Shown piece after piece: positions 61,863 to 64,000 of a stretch of 64,000 bases of DNA. A program made the position numbers and the translations under genes. Under the pieces are notes generated by a model. It was not told the DNA's origin. It did not search any database and saw nothing but the letters and a program-made list of their open reading frames with translations. Each line of letters opens with the position of its first letter. The stretch's first letter is position 1. The stretch lies in assembly GCA_036374335.1 (NCBI GenBank), contig DASUUC010000063.1:42811-106810 (forward strand), in the 5' to 3' direction. Source of the stretch: Acidimicrobiia bacterium. Lineage in GTDB: Bacteria > Actinomycetota > Acidimicrobiia > Spongiisociales > ZC4RG35.

Positions 61863-62651
61863 GTGACAGTCGAACTCGAACAACCCCGTCTCGAGAACCT
61901 ATCCCCCAGTCGGGCGGGCGACTTCAAGACGTGCCCTCAGTTGTTCAAGTTCAGGGCCATCGACCGGATCCCCGAGCCGCCGTCGATCTATCAGGCACGA
62001 GGGACCACAGCCCATCTCGCGCTGCAACGTCTCTTCGACGATGTCGAGACCGAGCGGACACCCGAGCGGCTCTATGACCTGTTCCGGGAGGCATGGACCG
62101 AAGTCCGCGGCGAGGACGAGTTCGCCGGCCTGTTCGATGGCCTCGACGCGGAACGGGAATGGGGCATCGAGAGCATGGAACTGCTTGCCAATTACTTCTC
62201 CATCGAGGACCCCACCTCTATCGAACCCGAAGACCGCGAGCTCGACATGCTCGAAGACCTCGACGGGATCATCATCCGTGGCATCCTCGACCGGATCGAT
62301 CGTGACACCGACGGTCATCTCGTGATCACCGACTACAAGACCGGCAAAGCCCCGCCCGAGCGTTACGCCCTGTCTTCGTTCTTCGCTCTCAAGATCTATT
62401 CGCTGTTGATCCGCAACAAGTTTGGGGAGACTCCCAAGGAGGTCCGTCTCCTCTATCTCAACGGACCCACCCTCTACCGTCTGCCCATCGACGACCGACA
62501 GCTCGATGCCATGGACGGTCAGCTGCGGGCACTATGGGCAGCCATCGAGCGAGCTATGGCGACGGACCGCTTCCCGGCCCGTCCAGGACGGCTTTGCGAC
62601 TGGTGCTCCTATCAGGAGATCTGCCCGGCGTTCGCCGACGCGGCCGACTGA
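61863..62651 (+). CDS. PD-(D/E)XK (RecB/Cas4-like) nuclease with Cys4 cluster
   Basis: One N-terminal Cys (FKTCPQLF), the nuclease core GILDRIDR..LVITDYKTGK, and the C-terminal CDWCSYQEIC, as in AddB/Cas4-type Fe-S nucleases. Confidence 0.8.
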   Translation: MTVELEQPRLENLSPSRAGDFKTCPQLFKFRAIDRIPEPPSIYQARGTTAHLALQRLFDDVETERTPERLYDLFREAWTEVRGEDEFAGLFDGLDAEREWGIESMELLANYFSIEDPTSIEPEDRELDMLEDLDGIIIRGILDRIDRDTDGHLVITDYKTGKAPPERYALSSFFALKIYSLLIRNKFGETPKEVRLLYLNGPTLYRLPIDDRQLDAMDGQLRALWAAIERAMATDRFPARPGRLCDWCSYQEICPAFADAAD

Positions 62652-62668
62652 AACACGGCCGACTGAAA
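62642..62668. repeat. Short direct repeat GGCCGACTGAAA x2 (period 15) spanning the nuclease stop codon
   Basis: The copies at 62642-62653 and 62657-62668 are identical. Confidence 0.8.
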
Positions 62669-62693
62669 ACGCGGCCCGAGCGTCACGTAGACG

Positions 62694-62820
62694 TCAACCC
62701 GCGAACCCAGGGTTCCAGACACCGCTCAGCGAAGTCCAGCGCCCAAAGTTTGGGCAACCGCCACTCAACCCGCGAACCCAGGGTTCCAGACACCGCTCAG
62801 CGAAGTCCAGCGCCCAAAGT
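62694..62820. repeat. Two identical 56-nt direct repeats separated by 15 nt, each containing the 13-bp palindrome GAACCCAGGGTTC
   Basis: Units 62694-62749 and 62765-62820 are 56/56 identical. The palindromes lie at 62703-62715 and 62774-62786. The repeats sit between convergent genes. Confidence 0.9.
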
Positions 62821-62834
62821 CCGGACGACACGCT

Positions 62835-64000
62835 CTACGGGAACACCCCACGTACCAGCTTGGCGTCGGCGACGCGTCGGATGCCTTTGATCAGGGCGGC
62901 CGTGCGCATGTCGACGTTCTCACTACGGGCGATGTTGTGCACGTCGTCGAACGCCCGGGTCAGGATCTCCCGCAGCCGACCCACCGTCTCGTTCTCAGAC
63001 CAGAAATACTTCTGCACGTCCTGAACCCACTCGAAATAGCTGACGGTCACACCGCCGGCGTTGGCCAGGATGTCGGGCACGATCAGCACCCCTCTCTCCC
63101 GGAGAAGATCGTCGGCTTCCAGGGTGGTGGGGTTGTTGGCCCCTTCGATGATCAACCTCGCCTTGACGTCAGCGGCGTTGTCGGCCCGAATCACGTTCTG
63201 TATCGCCGCCGGCACGAGCACATCGACATCGACACCGAAGATGGCGTTTCCCTCGATGAAGTCTGCGTCGGGGTAGCCCTCGAGGAATCGGTTCTCGTCG
63301 ACCCACTTGCCCACCGCGGGTATGTCGAGACCATCGGGGTCGTAGACACACCCGGAGATGTCGGACACCGCCACCACCCGGGCCTTCATCTCGTGGGCGG
63401 CCACTGCTGCATATCGCCCCACATTCCCGAACCCGTGAATGCCGATGGTCGCCTCGACAGGATTGAGATCGATCGCAGCCGCCGCCTGTGGCAAGAGAAA
63501 AATCAAGCCGCGCCCCGTGGCCTCACGCCGGGCGACGCTGCCACCGAGAGCAGGTGGTTTGCCGGTGACGATGGCCGGCACCGCATGACCGACATGCTGG
63601 GAGTAGGTGTCCATCATCCAGGCCATGACCTGTTCGTTGGTGCCCAGATCCGGCGCCGGGATATCAGTGTCGGGCCCGATGACGTTGATGATCTCCATGG
63701 TGAAGCGACGGGTGACCCGTTGTAGCTCTGCCCGGGAGAGGTTCATCGGGTTGATACGAACACCCCCCTTGGCGCCACCGAAGGGGACCCCGACGATGGA
63801 GCACTTCCAGGTCATCCACATCGCCAGGGCGGCGACCTCTCCGAGATCGACGTCGGTGTCGAACCGGATCCCGCCTTTGGTGGGGCCCATCGTCGTCAGG
63901 TGCTGGACCCGGTAGCCGAAGATGGTCTCGACTTCGGTGTAGTTGTCGTGCCGGAAGGGGAAGCTGACGACCGTCGACTTCTGCGGAACCCGAAGTCGGT
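62835..64000 (-). CDS. gdhA: Glutamate dehydrogenase (Glu/Leu/Phe/Val dehydrogenase family), 5' end beyond window
   Basis: GPTKGGIRF, MTWKCSIVGVPFGGAKGG and a Rossmann motif GFGNVG. The reading frame stays open upstream of the tracked Met at 63890 (..FGYRVQHLTTMGPTKGG), so the gene continues past 64000. Confidence 0.88.
   Translation of the reverse strand, partial: RLRVPQKSTVVSFPFRHDNYTEVETIFGYRVQHLTTMGPTKGGIRFDTDVDLGEVAALAMWMTWKCSIVGVPFGGAKGGVRINPMNLSRAELQRVTRRFTMEIINVIGPDTDIPAPDLGTNEQVMAWMMDTYSQHVGHAVPAIVTGKPPALGGSVARREATGRGLIFLLPQAAAAIDLNPVEATIGIHGFGNVGRYAAVAAHEMKARVVAVSDISGCVYDPDGLDIPAVGKWVDENRFLEGYPDADFIEGNAIFGVDVDVLVPAAIQNVIRADNAADVKARLIIEGANNPTTLEADDLLRERGVLIVPDILANAGGVTVSYFEWVQDVQKYFWSENETVGRLREILTRAFDDVHNIARSENVDMRTAALIKGIRRVADAKLVRGVFP

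Noticed and set aside
62694-62820. Mini CRISPR array
   Set aside because: There are only two repeats, each 56 nt long, with a 15-nt spacer. No cas genes occur in the window.

Overview
GC-rich, gene-dense chromosomal segment with actinobacterial-type synteny: ftsY-smc-acyP-mutM-rnc-plsX-rpmF-yceD-coaD-rsmD-recG on the minus strand, facing rpmB. I call about 58 protein-coding genes. I found no rRNA, tRNA, CRISPR array, transposase or integrase. The window is mostly core metabolism and housekeeping. It holds a form-I-type aerobic CO dehydrogenase (coxM-S-L, AYRCSFR active-site signature) followed by XdhC-type maturation genes, one fused to a YHS metal-binding domain. It also holds PEP carboxylase, upp, a Xanthomonas-type arginine module (N-acetylornithine carbamoyltransferase, fused NAGS/kinase, argC), deoA, etfBA, gltB, fabI, fadD and gdh. 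Signalling genes are numerous: a LAL-type ATPase-LuxR regulator, a 1148-aa zinc-ribbon/cyclase/P-loop/TPR protein, an HD-GYP-LuxR fusion and an orphan GAF histidine kinase. The only mobile-element trace is a DUF222/HNH endonuclease gene broken by at least two frameshifts. Four things best deserve a second look. (1) A 723-bp gene-free, hairpin-dense region (59001-59723) shares sequence modules with the next intergenic region, including a 54-nt hairpin with one compensatory base-pair change and TTTCGCG direct repeats upstream of two transporter or membrane genes. (2) An operon encodes an alpha/beta hydrolase, a MurF-like ligase whose UDP-binding N-domain is replaced by a multi-TM anchor, and a Ddl-like ATP-grasp enzyme. 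(3) The CO dehydrogenase accessory set is unusual (XdhC-YHS fusion, split XdhC, no adjacent coxD/coxE). (4) The conserved N-terminus of argF' lies upstream of any canonical start codon. No database searches were run. All family calls rest on motifs read in the translations and on recalled family knowledge.
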